NCBI GenBank assembly: GCA_010356995.1
Contig: ML996693.1
Span: 434,001 to 498,000, forward strand
Length of the DNA: 64,000 nt
Direction: 5' to 3'
Origin: Trichodelitschia bisporula
Taxonomy: Eukaryota
The notes beneath the pieces are model-generated. The model was not told the DNA's origin. It ran no database searches and saw nothing but the letters and a program-made list of their open reading frames with translations. Shown here piece by piece: positions 25,325 to 37,215 of this stretch (positions are counted from its first letter, which is position 1; every line of letters starts with the position of its first letter). The position numbers and the translations under genes were made by a program.

Positions 25325-26585
25325 ATGCGGTTACTCCTCCTCCTTGCGGCCAGCCTTGTGGGGCTGGCGTGTGCGAAGCCAGTGAAGGATGACGGCCCGG
25401 AGAAGATTTTGGACCTCAGGCTCGAGGCGCTGGAGGGCAGCCTGCTCCGGGGCACGCTGGTCAATAAGGGCAAGAAGGACATCCGTCTCTTCACACGCAG
25501 CACCATCCTCGACCCGAACCCGGTGCGCAAAGTCAGCATCCTCTCGCCAAAAGGTAATTCGAGTCGGTCTGATGTCTTGCGCCCTCACTAACAAGCCAGA
25601 CCAACCCCGCTTCATTGGCGTCCGCGCCCGCGTGTCACACGACAATGTATCAGACGAATCCCTCATCCTGATCAAGCGCAACAAGCCATTCAACTTCATC
25701 TTCGACGTCGCCCACACATACGATCTCAGCAAGGGAGGCGCATTCGACATCATCGCCGAGGGCATCATCCCCTACGCAGAGAAGAAGTCCAACGACCTCA
25801 CCGGCCAAGCCGCCTACCGCAGCAACCGCCTCACGGTCCACGTCAACGGCACAACGGCCCACCTAGCGAAACGCGCCCTCGAGGAACGTGCCACCGTCGA
25901 GCGCGACTGCGTCGGCGACCGTGCCCTCATCGCCGACACAGCGCGGCAGGCGTGCGCCATGGTGGCCATCGCAGCAGCGCAGTCGGCGCTGACGGGCGAT
26001 GCAAACCAGTGAGTTCCGTCATCTCGGCCCCCCAAGTTGATGCGCTGACGGGGCAGGTTCGTCCGGTACTTCCGCACGGCGGACCCGGGGATACGGGGCA
26101 CGGTGGCAGCGCGCTTCTTCGCCGTCGCGAACGAGTGCGCGGGCAACTCGCAGCATGCGCGTATCTTCTGCAGCGACCCCGCGCGCCTCTGCCAGTCGGA
26201 CTACATCTCCGTGACGCTGGGGAACAGCATCACTAATTGCGACTTGTACTGGCAATTTCCCACCGTTTCAAATACATGTCACGGGGTCGGCCAAGCGACG
26301 ACTACCATCCACGAAATCACGCATGTCGATGGCGTGTTCAATCCGCCGACGGATGACTACCAAGGCCATTACGGGTGGCCCGCCCTCGCTGACCTGTCGC
26401 CAGAACAGGCCATCATGAACGCAGACAATTATGGGTTTTATGCTAATTGTGAGTTTGTTGCCATTCTTTTTTTGGCCTCGTTCCTGCAAGAGTGGCGAAG
26501 GAGGTTGATGGGGGCGCGGGTGCTTGAGCTGAAACACGTGCTAACATCCAGCCTCGCAGCTATATACATCAACGTCGGATGCTAA
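25325..26585 (+). CDS. Deuterolysin (M35) metalloprotease / neutral protease 2, 4 exons
   Basis: Signal peptide, propeptide ending in KR/ER, HEITH zinc motif, PTDD..YG, NADNY. Three canonical introns. Confidence 0.92.
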
Positions 26586-27190
26586 GCACCCATCCGGCGG
26601 CACCGGTTTGCAGCAGAGTGATTCGCCCCCCGCGAGAGTCGATAATTGCGCGGTCGGGCTGAGCTAGCACCGTCGGTCCTGGCCCATATTCGAGGATTAA
26701 TTCGCCCATGTTCCTGCAGCCTGGAGTTTAGGGAGACGGCGTCGCGGGCGTCAGGGCTTCGGCGGGTTCAGCGGTTTCGCACGGATTGTAGTGCAATAAT
26801 GGGGCGCTGGGACGCGCTTTTTTCGCCGCCGCACCGTTTCTTTTATGCGGGCGTCTTCGCCCGACCGTTTTATTTCTCGACGAAACCTGCCTCGTCTGTC
26901 GTTTCGTTTGGCTTTTTTAGGAGCGAGTTCTGCCTTTGTTGGTTGAAAAGGACGGAGATATACCTGATCATCGCGATCGCTTGCGTTTCGTTTTTGTTCC
27001 TCTCCTCTTGAATACCTACACACCTTTCGCCCCGTTCTCTTGTTCGCGCGAACGCTCGTTATGCGAGGTGTCCTTCCTTGAGTCTCCTGACTACACGTTA
27101 CGCTCACACACGCTCCTTACGGTTGCTGGACTGCTGTTCGACCTGTTCGCCTACTTACCCTCACCTCACCACCACCACCAATCCGTCACG

Positions 27191-28351
27191 ATGTACACAC
27201 TCACCACCCTCCTCGCCCTCCTCCCCGCCCTGTCGCTGGCACACATCCGCCTCGCCCACCCCCAACCCATGAACACCCCCTCCACCTCCCCCCTCAGCCC
27301 AAGCGGGAGCGACTTCCCCTGCCAATCCGGCTCCGGCCCCCTCTCCACCGCCCCCCAAACCGTCCTACAAAGCAACACCCGCGCCACACTCTCCTTCTCC
27401 GGCTCGGCCGTGCACAACGGCGGGTCCTGCCAGGTGGCCCTCACGCCCGACCTCCCCCCAACGCCCAACTCCAAGTGGAAGGTTATATACTCAGTCCTAG
27501 GTGGCTGCCCGGGGGCCGACGGCCAGACGCGCACATACAACTTCAACGTCCCCCCCGAAGTACCGGCCGGGTCGTACGCGCTCGCCTGGACGTGGTTCAA
27601 CCGCGTAGGCAACCGCGAGATGTACATGAACTGCGCCGCCGTACGCGTCCAGGGCTCTGCAGCACAAGGGTTCGTGCGCAACGCCGAAGCCCCCGAGGGC
27701 ACCGACGTATCCCAGGCCCCCGAGATAGCTTCCTCGCCCGATGCAAACGCGACCGCGGAGGCCGGCGGCTGGGCTAGCCTGCCTGATATGGCGATTTTCA
27801 ATATTAACCTTCCTGGTCGGGCTTCGTCGTGCAAGACGCGCGAGGGATATGACGTGCGCTTTCCGAATCCGGGACGCTATGTGGAGACGGGGCCGGGGTA
27901 TAATCCTGCGGATCCGGTGGGGGATGGGTGTGGGGTTGCGCGGGCGGGGTCCGGGTCGTATCCCTCTGCTGCCGCGCCGTCGGCCGCCGCACCCTCAGCA
28001 GCAGCTTCATCGGCTGCAGCGCCGAGTGCAGCGGCTTCGAGCGCGCACGCCGGCGGCAGCGGGCAGTACACACCGGCCGGCAACAACGGGCAGTGGACGG
28101 CGAGCGCGACGACGTATAACAACGGTCTTTGGACGCCCGGACCTAAGGTAGCGGCGAATGCAGGGGTGGGACATGTGCAGGTTGGGATGGAGGCGGGGGC
28201 ACTGTGCGAGAGTCATGGGGCGTTGGTGTGTGGGGCGGGTGGGGACACGTTTGGGTTGTGTAATTGGGGACGGGTGCGGTTTATGAGTGTTGCGGCGGGG
28301 ACGGCGTGTAAAGGGGGGCAGATTGTTAAGAGGGAGGTTTGGGTTGCTTAG
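27191..28351 (+). CDS. AA11 lytic polysaccharide monooxygenase with a C-terminal Cys module
   Basis: Signal peptide leaving an N-terminal His (HIRL), SDFPC, AVHNGGSCQ, WTWFNRVGNREMYMNCA, Ala/Ser linker, C-terminal FGLC..VAAGTAC module. Confidence 0.9.
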   Translation: MYTLTTLLALLPALSLAHIRLAHPQPMNTPSTSPLSPSGSDFPCQSGSGPLSTAPQTVLQSNTRATLSFSGSAVHNGGSCQVALTPDLPPTPNSKWKVIYSVLGGCPGADGQTRTYNFNVPPEVPAGSYALAWTWFNRVGNREMYMNCAAVRVQGSAAQGFVRNAEAPEGTDVSQAPEIASSPDANATAEAGGWASLPDMAIFNINLPGRASSCKTREGYDVRFPNPGRYVETGPGYNPADPVGDGCGVARAGSGSYPSAAAPSAAAPSAAASSAAAPSAAASSAHAGGSGQYTPAGNNGQWTASATTYNNGLWTPGPKVAANAGVGHVQVGMEAGALCESHGALVCGAGGDTFGLCNWGRVRFMSVAAGTACKGGQIVKREVWVA

Positions 28352-28397
28352 GGGTTAGGGTGTGTAGATGGGATTGGTGGTGGTGTTAGGGTTGAAA

Positions 28398-28516
28398 TTG
28401 GATTGGGTGTGTATTCGCTTCTGGGGTGACAATGTGAAAGGCTTGGTGATGATGCTTTGGATTGGGTGTGTATTCACTTCTCGGAGACGATGTGTCAAGG
28501 CTTGGTGATGCTTTTT
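28398..28516. repeat. Imperfect ~59-bp tandem duplication in the AA11 3' region
   Basis: TTGGATTGGGTGTGTATTC...AAGGCTTGGTGATG occurs twice in tandem. Confidence 0.75.
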
Positions 28517-29147
28517 GGGGTTGGGAGTCGTGGTTTGGGGATGTTTCTATCTGAGAATGTGGTGGTAGCAGCACTGGTTGTTGAAACTTATGCACATACA
28601 AGTCTACAAGGGTCTGACATCAGTTGTACCTGCTGGACGGGCTACATAGGCAAATTTGAGTTAACCAATTCTCACTGAAACGTGCTCATGATGCGTCTAT
28701 CGTTGTATTTCCTGATGTAGACCTAAGGCAGACATGTTAAACACATCACATCAACAGAAGGAGTACCCCAGGGAAGGGACAAGTGGATATTTGCATGTAT
28801 GCCAGCACTGCTTCGCTGCTCCCTCGCCTTCTTCACTCCTTTTTTTTCAAAGTCTTTCGCTTCACCCCGTTGCCATTGCACGCTTTAAGCCTATGCTTCG
28901 ATGACTTTCGAGCCTCCGGTACCTAAACATTAGTTTCAACGAGAAGCACTTTCTCATCATATGTAGACCAACTAGGGGCGCAGAGAAAGAGCAGCGTACA
29001 CGGATAATCGCCGTTGAATGCTTCCCAAGATAAGCAAGGCATCATCTTTTACCCTCTATTCCTCGTACCGCCCCACTCACATCATAAACCACTGGGGTTC
29101 AACAACATGGACGCCGTACCTCTTTTTGTACGAGAACAGCTCGAAAA

Positions 29148-30114
29148 CTACGATGTGGGCCCAAAGGAGACGCAACTTGACCTTCGTATCCTTCTTCTTC
29201 CAACCACTCTTGACGATCGTGCTAAAGCCAGGTATTGGAGGTGCAGGCGGGTCCAGAAGTAATCCTCATGATCTTCGCCCTTGATAGCCTTGTCGATATT
29301 CAGGGCTCTAAGGCGGTATCTGACAGCCTTGGCGAGGTCACCGTTCGCCTCGGCCGCGTAGGAGCTCCAGTTGCACCTACATCGTCAGCATGACACAAGA
29401 AAAGTTACCACGTAGTACCCACCATTTGCGGATCTTATCGTCCTCACCCATGCCCAATGACTCCAAACGCCCCACCATGGACTGGCAAACTTCACACATG
29501 GCAGCGAAAAAAGGAGGCCTGTCGACCTCCGGCGGCGGCGGCGGGGCCAGCATGAAAGCGATCGGATCATCGGGCACGTCGGGCACGAGATATTTCATAA
29601 GCACGTCGAAGAGCCCATTATCCTTCCACAGCGCCCACCACGTCGTCTCCGTCTCCTTGAATGTGGGAGCATTCTTATCAAACAGCTCACACCGACACCG
29701 AAAGCTGTGCATCTCACACACCTCCTCCCGTGTGTATACATCTCCATAGTACTTGAGTATACTTAAGACCAGCTCCTCGCCCTTCTCGATATCCCGAATA
29801 GCATGCGTGGTGGCCCTACGGTGCGCCTTGCAGTAGCCAACATACACATTCGGCCGGCAAGAATGATTGATGCGCGCCATGCGGTCAAACAACATGAACA
29901 CATCCTTGTCCATATCCGGATTGGTGATAAGCCGGCCGTTGGTCACCAACGTGACCCCGAGACGGGCAATGAGTACGTGGCACAACGCGGGTTGGACTTG
30001 CAGCAGGTCAGCCATTGTTTCGCGGACGCGGTAGGGCGGCGCGTGCAGGGCGAGGAAGCGATCTTTCTTCTCTTGGGGTTCTTTGAGGAAGGCCTTCCAT
30101 ATCCCGGTGTATCA
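29148..30114 (-). pseudogene. Degenerate SET-domain (SMYD/SET5-like) gene
   Basis: RINHSCRPN and AIRDIEKGEEL are present. The expected Tyr is missing (EELVLSI), post-SET reads CRCELF, there is an in-frame TGA at 30112-30114, and no N-terminal GxG half is visible. Confidence 0.6.
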
Positions 30115-30843
30115 AGTGTCCTTTCTGTAGTAGTCGTGAATAGACGGAGGATGGAGGTTACGGAGACACGAAGCGGGGAGCAGGGGTGGTGTGGAGTTGA
30201 GTTGTCAGCCTTACGAGTTGATGTTGATATGCTTCGAAGTGTGGAGGAATAATGCAAGGGGAACAAGGGACCAAGCTGCCCAAAACACAAATCACTTGTC
30301 GAAACGACCGGGCAAACGGCTGCTCGGTGTAAACCCTGTACCCACTGTAGTATAATATAACAGATAGCTTGAGGATTAATTCACTGAACATACAGATCCA
30401 TTGAGAGTTCTCCCAAGCTTACCGTCCTACGTCAATGCTTGCAACAGGAAGGAACCAACGTCGGAAGGTTTGACCCCCGCGCTTTGAGACATGACGATGC
30501 CTTGTGGATGCCTTATTTCCCAGACGATAACGTTATCATCGGGGTAACCATTTTCCTACTACGTACTCGATGAATTCACAAGCACAAGACACTCATAGGA
30601 ACGAACACCAGTTCTCTGCAACACAAGAATACCTCATTGCCTAACATCATCCTCGACTATTGACACCCCGCTGCAACTAGACTATTCGGTTGTAGCTCCT
30701 CTGCAAGCTCGCACTCCACATACCTCAGCAATCATAGTGAGTCAACGGCAAACAACGTTTGGTGAACATATATACTTTGGGAAACGACTTTACGCTCCTC
30801 ATGAAGCTCCTTACACAAACCAAACTAACAGCATGAAAGCAAC

Positions 30844-31563
30844 ATGTCCAGCAACGATAACGAACGCGACTACTCAGTCCTCCTGCATGAACGTCTCCCA
30901 CCCGAGCAGTACAACCCACGTTACGAGATGGACCTGGGTTTACGCATTGGCAAGGTCCTTCCCCACCATATCTCCGCCTTCATGCTGTGGGATCGAGACG
31001 TTCGGGGTTTGCCACTGCGTCCAGCCTGGATCATCGAACCGACATACTCAGTTCCTCGGCACTTCGAGCCAGCAGGTCGTTTCATCCTCGCCTTCTGGCC
31101 GGTTTTCCATGGAGTCAAGCGTGGTACCGTCGCCCGTCGCATTATGGCCATAGTGATACTCTGTCTCAACGCCGAGCAATGTGGAATACAATTCGACCTG
31201 TACCGAAAACAAGGCTGCAGTAAAGGAGAGTTGGCAGCAGTGGGCACCGCCCTGGTGGTGATAGCCGCTGGCTTACTTCCACCTTTGGCCATCCTGGTCA
31301 CTGTATGGCATGCAAGGGTCATCGGGAAGGGCGTGGTGGAGCATCGGTACTTCCACCGGGTTGTCACGGTGGTCTTCATATTGCTGGTTGTGATCCGCAT
31401 TGCACGCTTCGGCCATGATATTTCACGCCTCCAAGAAATATTCGTCTGGGTGACGGCCTTGATACTGATCGGCATATTCTCAATCATGGCCATGGCGAGG
31501 CCATACGATCCCAGGCCGCGGCTCCCTCCTGTCGTGGGTCCGGTCAACATTTGGACGGAATAG
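30844..31563 (+). CDS. Hypothetical multi-pass membrane protein (239 aa)
   Basis: Intronless ATG-initiated ORF with about 3 hydrophobic helices in the C-terminal half. No recognised family. Confidence 0.55.
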   Translation: MSSNDNERDYSVLLHERLPPEQYNPRYEMDLGLRIGKVLPHHISAFMLWDRDVRGLPLRPAWIIEPTYSVPRHFEPAGRFILAFWPVFHGVKRGTVARRIMAIVILCLNAEQCGIQFDLYRKQGCSKGELAAVGTALVVIAAGLLPPLAILVTVWHARVIGKGVVEHRYFHRVVTVVFILLVVIRIARFGHDISRLQEIFVWVTALILIGIFSIMAMARPYDPRPRLPPVVGPVNIWTE

Positions 31564-33234
31564 GCGCCATGCAACGAGGGTGGAATCCGATGCGACACTC
31601 ATGTTCCTGTAACGATTAGTTGAATGATGCAAACGACATATATGATTTTTTTACCCGCATGACCGGGAGAGTCTCGTCATAAAAGACTTCGAAGCGACTG
31701 GTGATTCCCGGTGTGGTGTGTTTCAATCTCTGATTGATAGTTGTATGATAGTTTCGATAGATTGCTGAGACGAGCGTGGTCATCTCCGCAAGGGCCAGAC
31801 TGCTGCAGCGTTAGTTGCCGGATCCGTACAGGGTGCACAATGCACTTACTGCATTCCTATGCACATTCGACCCCCGCTTGAAAAGGCCCACCACCACTTT
31901 TTCATGTCTGCAGTTTCAGAGGCAGGAGCCAGCCACCTTTCGGGATTGAACTTCAAAGGGTCTGTAAATACGAGAGGGTTACGGTGCAAAGAATATGGTG
32001 CCATGCTAACAATCGTGCCTTTGGGGATATGATATCCGTCTATGGTCGTAGCAGCATGGAACGAACGAGGCTCCGACGACGGCAAGGGTGCATAGAGACG
32101 CAGTGTCTCCTTGATGACTGCGTCAAGATACGGCAGTCTGCCGCAGGGTTCAACGCTTGGTATCCCGTCGACATTGAGCACGGCCGTCGGAATGCCTCGA
32201 ACTTCCTGGATGAGCCGTTCCTGATATATCCTGTTTTCGGAACGAGAGAGGGCCCAGATGAGAAACATGAGGGTGTCACTTGTTGTGTCGATCCCAGCCA
32301 GTAGGTGGTCGGCGCACTCGGAGGCAGTGTCCAGGTCACTGAGGCCGCCGTTCTTGTGGCTTTCGTGGTGCTCCCACAGCTTTCCGATGATGGTACTGCG
32401 CACGGCAGGGTCGAGTTTGCTCTGCGCTGAACTGGCCGAGAATGCCTCCCAGGCCCTCAATCCGTGCTTCCGAATCCCGGTGTATGTCGTTGGCTTCCGC
32501 ATGGGATAGAACGGCTGGAGCAGCATCTCGAGCGCCCCGGTCCGGGAGTAAAGCCAGCCGGTGAACTTTGGGAAATGGACGGCAAACCATGAGAGCTTAC
32601 GGCGCTCAATATTCATAATGTCATCCAAGAGGGCCCTGTCTTCACCACACCCGAGAAGGCAGGTGGTCTTTCCAATGTCCCCGTACAAAAAATCCGAGAT
32701 GGTATCCAGAGCGAAGTAGTGGAGACTGGTGAAGATCTCGCTGGCACAGACCGGATCTCTCTGGATCAGATCTATAAACTGCCTTACCTTCTCTTCAATG
32801 CCCCTTGCCACGCTTCCTTTAACTATCACGGACTTCGAATACGCATGAGCAAGCAACTTCTTCCGATCTCCGTGGTCCTTGGACGAGTGAAAGGTGAACA
32901 GATTCTTCTTCCCGTACACGTCGAACATGTCATAGAAAGACGTCCTTTCGAAGCCACTTCCGGCTCCGTAGATGGTTCTGAGAGCTGCAAGGCTGTTGAA
33001 TGCCACTTCGGCGGGACCTATCCTGACCGCAGGGCCGTATCGAGCATGAAGCCGGTGGATAGTCTGTGTCCGCGTTCCTTTCCATTCTTCGTATGCCAGA
33101 CGCCATTTGGAAATAGCAAAGGACCAGGGACCGGGAATTCGGCTCAGAGGGTCGTAGAAGAGGGGAACATAGATGAATCGGTAAAGGAGGAAGAGGCCAA
33201 AGCTAACGACTGAGAGTGGGGTCAGTTGAAGCAT
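31544..33234 (-). CDS. Cytochrome P450, 3 exons
   Basis: N-terminal TM plus IPGP, AGIDTT I-helix, ETLR, PERW, FSSGGRMCIG heme motif. Two 3' introns continue to HLALAEM...EHECRIGF. Stop at 31544-31546. Confidence 0.93.
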
Positions 33235-33880
33235 GGTTACAGCAAATGATGAAGCCTCAATCGAAGCTGGGCACTTGAGAGAGATATAGCTCAGGAGCTT
33301 ATCTTGATGCTGTCATTGTTGTCACTGGAGCTGTCTGAGATAAAGGAATATGTGGACGCTGGAATACCATCGCAGCTGCCACTTGGCTCGGATTGGCAAG
33401 CCCCGTGGGGTCACCTGCGATAGAGGTAACTGCAATCATGCCCAATCGTCTTTAGCCACTGCAGGAGACCATTGAGGAGGGCGGGTAATAGGTTAAGCGT
33501 GACGAGATTTGGGACGCTGTTGCTCGGTATTCCCTAGCTTCCGCCGAAACACGTGGGGCTTGCTATGATGCAAATTTCGGAGGAGATGGTTCACGTGACA
33601 CAAATTTGACCATCGGAACGACTCACGATTTGCTTCTTCATTCCATTCGACCTTCCCCCTCTATACATCCAAATTTACCGAAAATTAGGCTAGTGGTAAA
33701 CTCGGCCAAGGATTTGAAATCCTGCAATCCAAGACGCGGAACGGCCTTTCACTCGGAGCAAGCCTGAACACTCAGATCCCTATTCAGGAGAGACATATTC
33801 ATTTGAACTCCGTAACAACTTCCCATCTCCTAGAAGAAGGCGCCTCGATCACTCTTACCGCGGGAGGCACACGTGGCGGC

Positions 33881-35483
33881 ATGGAGTATATCGTCCGCTT
33901 TGCCCAGACTCATGAGACCTTCAGACGGCCGGAGCTGGAAGCACTAGCGACGCTCTGGAACATCGAGCTCAAGATAGTCACCTACTCTGAGGATGTAAGA
34001 TATAGACCCTAAACGAGGTGAGCTGTCGTCGAGTTCGAACGCTCTATGCCCTCTTATGCAGCCCTTGCAGCAAGCCTTTCTGCATATACCGACAAGACAT
34101 CATGTCGGGAGGATGAGCTGACGCCGCCAGTCTCCATTCTGCGTCGTAAGGCTTCCATCGGACGATGTTGCCCGGAAACTAGTCAGCCGAGCTATCCTGG
34201 TTGACTCCGTGTACGAGCTTTGGGGCTCAGGGCCAAACTACGAAGCTCTCCATGCAGACGTGAAAGCCAAATCTCAAGGAAAATGGGACAAGTATACGAC
34301 GACCTCCTTCCGCTTTAACGTACATGGCTACCAATGCAAGCTCACGAACAAAGAGCAAAGACCGATCATTGAATCTTTCTCCTATCTCCCCTTCGATGGA
34401 CCCATCAAGATGAAGGATGCAGATGTGCAGTTCTGGGTGTTTGAGGAGTACGAGATGTACGCCCCGTCGCCAAAGTTCCTCTACTTCAGCCGCTTCATTG
34501 GACCCGGAGGGCGGGACACGGTCTTGAAGTACGACCTCAAGAAGCGGCGCTATATCAGCACGACGTCTATGGACGCAGAGCTTGCCCTGATCACCGCAAA
34601 CATCGCCCTGGCCCGACCCGGAGGTCTGTTCTATGACCCTTTCATGGGAACAGGCGGCTTTCCCATAGCATGTGCGCACTTTGGGGCAATGACAACGGGG
34701 AGCGATATTGACGCGCGGAGTATCCGCGGCAAACCGAACAGGAATGTCCTGTCGAATTATGCACAGTACGACCTGACGGACTACTGGCTAGACTGGTTCA
34801 TTTCGGACCTGACTAATACACCGCTGAGGATCTCGAGGTTTTTGGACGGTATCGTGTGTGATCCGCCATATGGTGTGCGAGAGGGTCTCAAAGTTCTAGG
34901 AAGGAAGGACGGCGGAGGAACGGAGGCTGTGTACATCAACGGCGTTGCTGCTCATCTGTAAGTGAATTGGTGGCAATTCATGCGTCGTCTAACTCTTCAT
35001 ACAGGCAAGAAGGTTTCATCCCGCCTAAGAGAGCTTACAGCTTCGACGCTATGCTGGACGACATTCTCGACTTCGCGGCACAGACGCTCGTTGACCGAGG
35101 ACGGCTTGCGATCTGGATGCCTACAGCGAACGAGGATATCGAGCTCGCAATCCCGGAGCATCAATGCTTAAAACTTGTGGCAAATTGCATCCAAATGTTC
35201 AACAAGTGTAAGTCTTTCCCATCCGTCCCACGGCGTGCGATTCTAAGGGGCTGATCAATCCAGGGTCACGGAGACTTCTCACATACGAGCGGCTTCCGGA
35301 TGAACTGGTCGGGGAACTGATTCCTCGCACAAAGCGGATAGTTGAGGGATCGAACGCGGACGAGCTGAACAACTTCCGAAGAAAGGTAAGCTCCCATTCA
35401 CCAGCCCCAATTCCCAGACCAGCATCTCATCAACCCCACAGTACTTCGAAGGCTTCAAACCCTCTACGCCCAGCGAGAAGTGA
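33881..35483 (+). CDS. TRM11: tRNA (guanine(10)-N2)-methyltransferase, 5 exons
   Basis: FAQTHETFRRPELEALA, YDLKKRRYISTTSMDAEL, YDPFMGTG, IVCDPPYGVRE. The spliced frame ends with TGA at 35481-35483. Confidence 0.93.
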
Positions 35484-35982
35484 ACGCAGGATCTAGTAGA
35501 GTCATCTCCGGCCATACGAAGAGCTGGAATAGAATAGATATGTAACCCGAATCCGGCCGTTGACATCATTCCCATGCATCCCCAACTTGCCAAGCCAATC
35601 CATTTCCACCCCGTGCCAATGTGCCTTCCCCCTCCCCACGCGCGCGCATCACGCCTCCAATCCCGCCGGGCCGAACCGCCTCGCAGCAACAAACGTGCGT
35701 GGCGGCATCTGACGTGCAGGCGCACACACGAGGTCGGGAACGGGAGCGGGAAGAGGCGGGCGGGCGTGGTGTGGGAATCCCAAAAAAAAGGAGGGGCGCT
35801 CTCGGGACGCTGCGGTCTGCGGAGTCCGCATCCCGGGGCGGGGAGCAAAATCGATGCGCGATCACCGGACTGCACTTCCACCTGCACATTTCGAACTAGC
35901 AACTCGACTTCTTCCACCTTCCCCTTCCGCATCCCATTGCTCCCGCAAATCCGTACATAACACCCCCATCGCCCTCTCCACA

Positions 35983-36386
35983 ATGAGCACCTTCGGCAGC
36001 CCCGGCGGACAACAAAAAATCTTCAAACCGACGCCGTACATCTCCCCCCCCCACCCTTCCCTCCCTCCATAAAACCCAACTAACCCCTGTCCCCTAGTCC
36101 AGAGCGCGGCTCCTTCCCCCTCGACCACGAAGGCGAATGCAAATCCGTAATGGCGACCTACCTCCGCTGCCTGCGCGCCAACAAAGGCACCAACTCGCCC
36201 GACTGCCGCGGCATCGCGAAGACGTACCTCCAGTGCCGCATGGAGCGCAACCTCATGGCTCCGGACGAGATGCGGAATTTGGGGTTTACAGATGACGAGA
36301 CACAAGGCGCGGCGGGGGCGGCGGCGGTGCAGAAGACGGATGGACAGGCTGCTGCGCCTTCCGCGGACAAGAAGGCGGGATCGTAG
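35983..36386 (+). CDS. COX19: Cytochrome c oxidase assembly protein COX19 (twin CX9C), 2 exons
   Basis: PTPPERGSFPLDHEGEC..YLRC..DCR..YLQCRMERNLM. Confidence 0.95.
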
Positions 36387-37142
36387 GCGCAGCACAAGAT
36401 GGGGGCGTCGACGACGGGATTAGCACGCGACGACGCGTCCTCTCCCCGCCAGCCTGCGGACGGGGCGAGTTCGCGAACTACCGATTACGCGGAAATTGCG
36501 CATTCCTCCACCACGACCCTCGTCTGGCCACGCCTGGTCTCGCCTCGCCGAATATCCCGCCCCTCAATCCCGCGCCCTCCCCGCGACGGACAAACTCCCA
36601 AACACCCCGCGACCAGATACGCGGGTAAACACACCCTGCGCTGAAACAACTCCGCCTTCCTCCACAACTCTCATCCTCCCAACAACCCGCCCTACCCGCT
36701 TGTACACGGCCACGTATACCCCTCCCCTCGTCTCTTGCGCACCGACCCCGCGCACCGACACCGATATCCAACTCCAACCATCTAACCACCCAGGCGCCAC
36801 CCATCGCTAACATCAACTCCCTTCCCCACAACCCCCCCGCAATCGCGCCTCGTCTCAAATATACACCCTTGCGAGCTGCTAGATCCGGGTCGATCGGGCA
36901 GCGAACGCTCGGACCCGCGTGTCGGCGCTAGAGAGTCCCGAAGCTCTGGGCAGCGATAGTACGCGGCTTATCTCTGCTCGATTCCCCGCGTGAAGGCGGG
37001 CGGGAAGCGGGCCGTGGATAGGAAAGGCCGCGCTCGGGCTGGCCCGAGGCAATACGAGGCGGTGGGGGTGAGGAAAGAGCTGAGGGCTATTTAAGGATAA
37101 GGGCTTTTTGGGGGGAAGTGGGGGAGGAAGGGGACGCGGTAG

Positions 37143-37215
37143 GGCACGGTATGGCGTGGCACGGTATGGCGTGGCAATGGCAATGGCATGGATGGCTAGG
37201 CACAGCTAGGCACAG
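37143..37215. repeat. Cluster of short tandem duplications (GGCACGGTATGGCGT x2, GGCAAT x2, GCTAGGCACA x2)
   Basis: Read directly. Confidence 0.7.
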
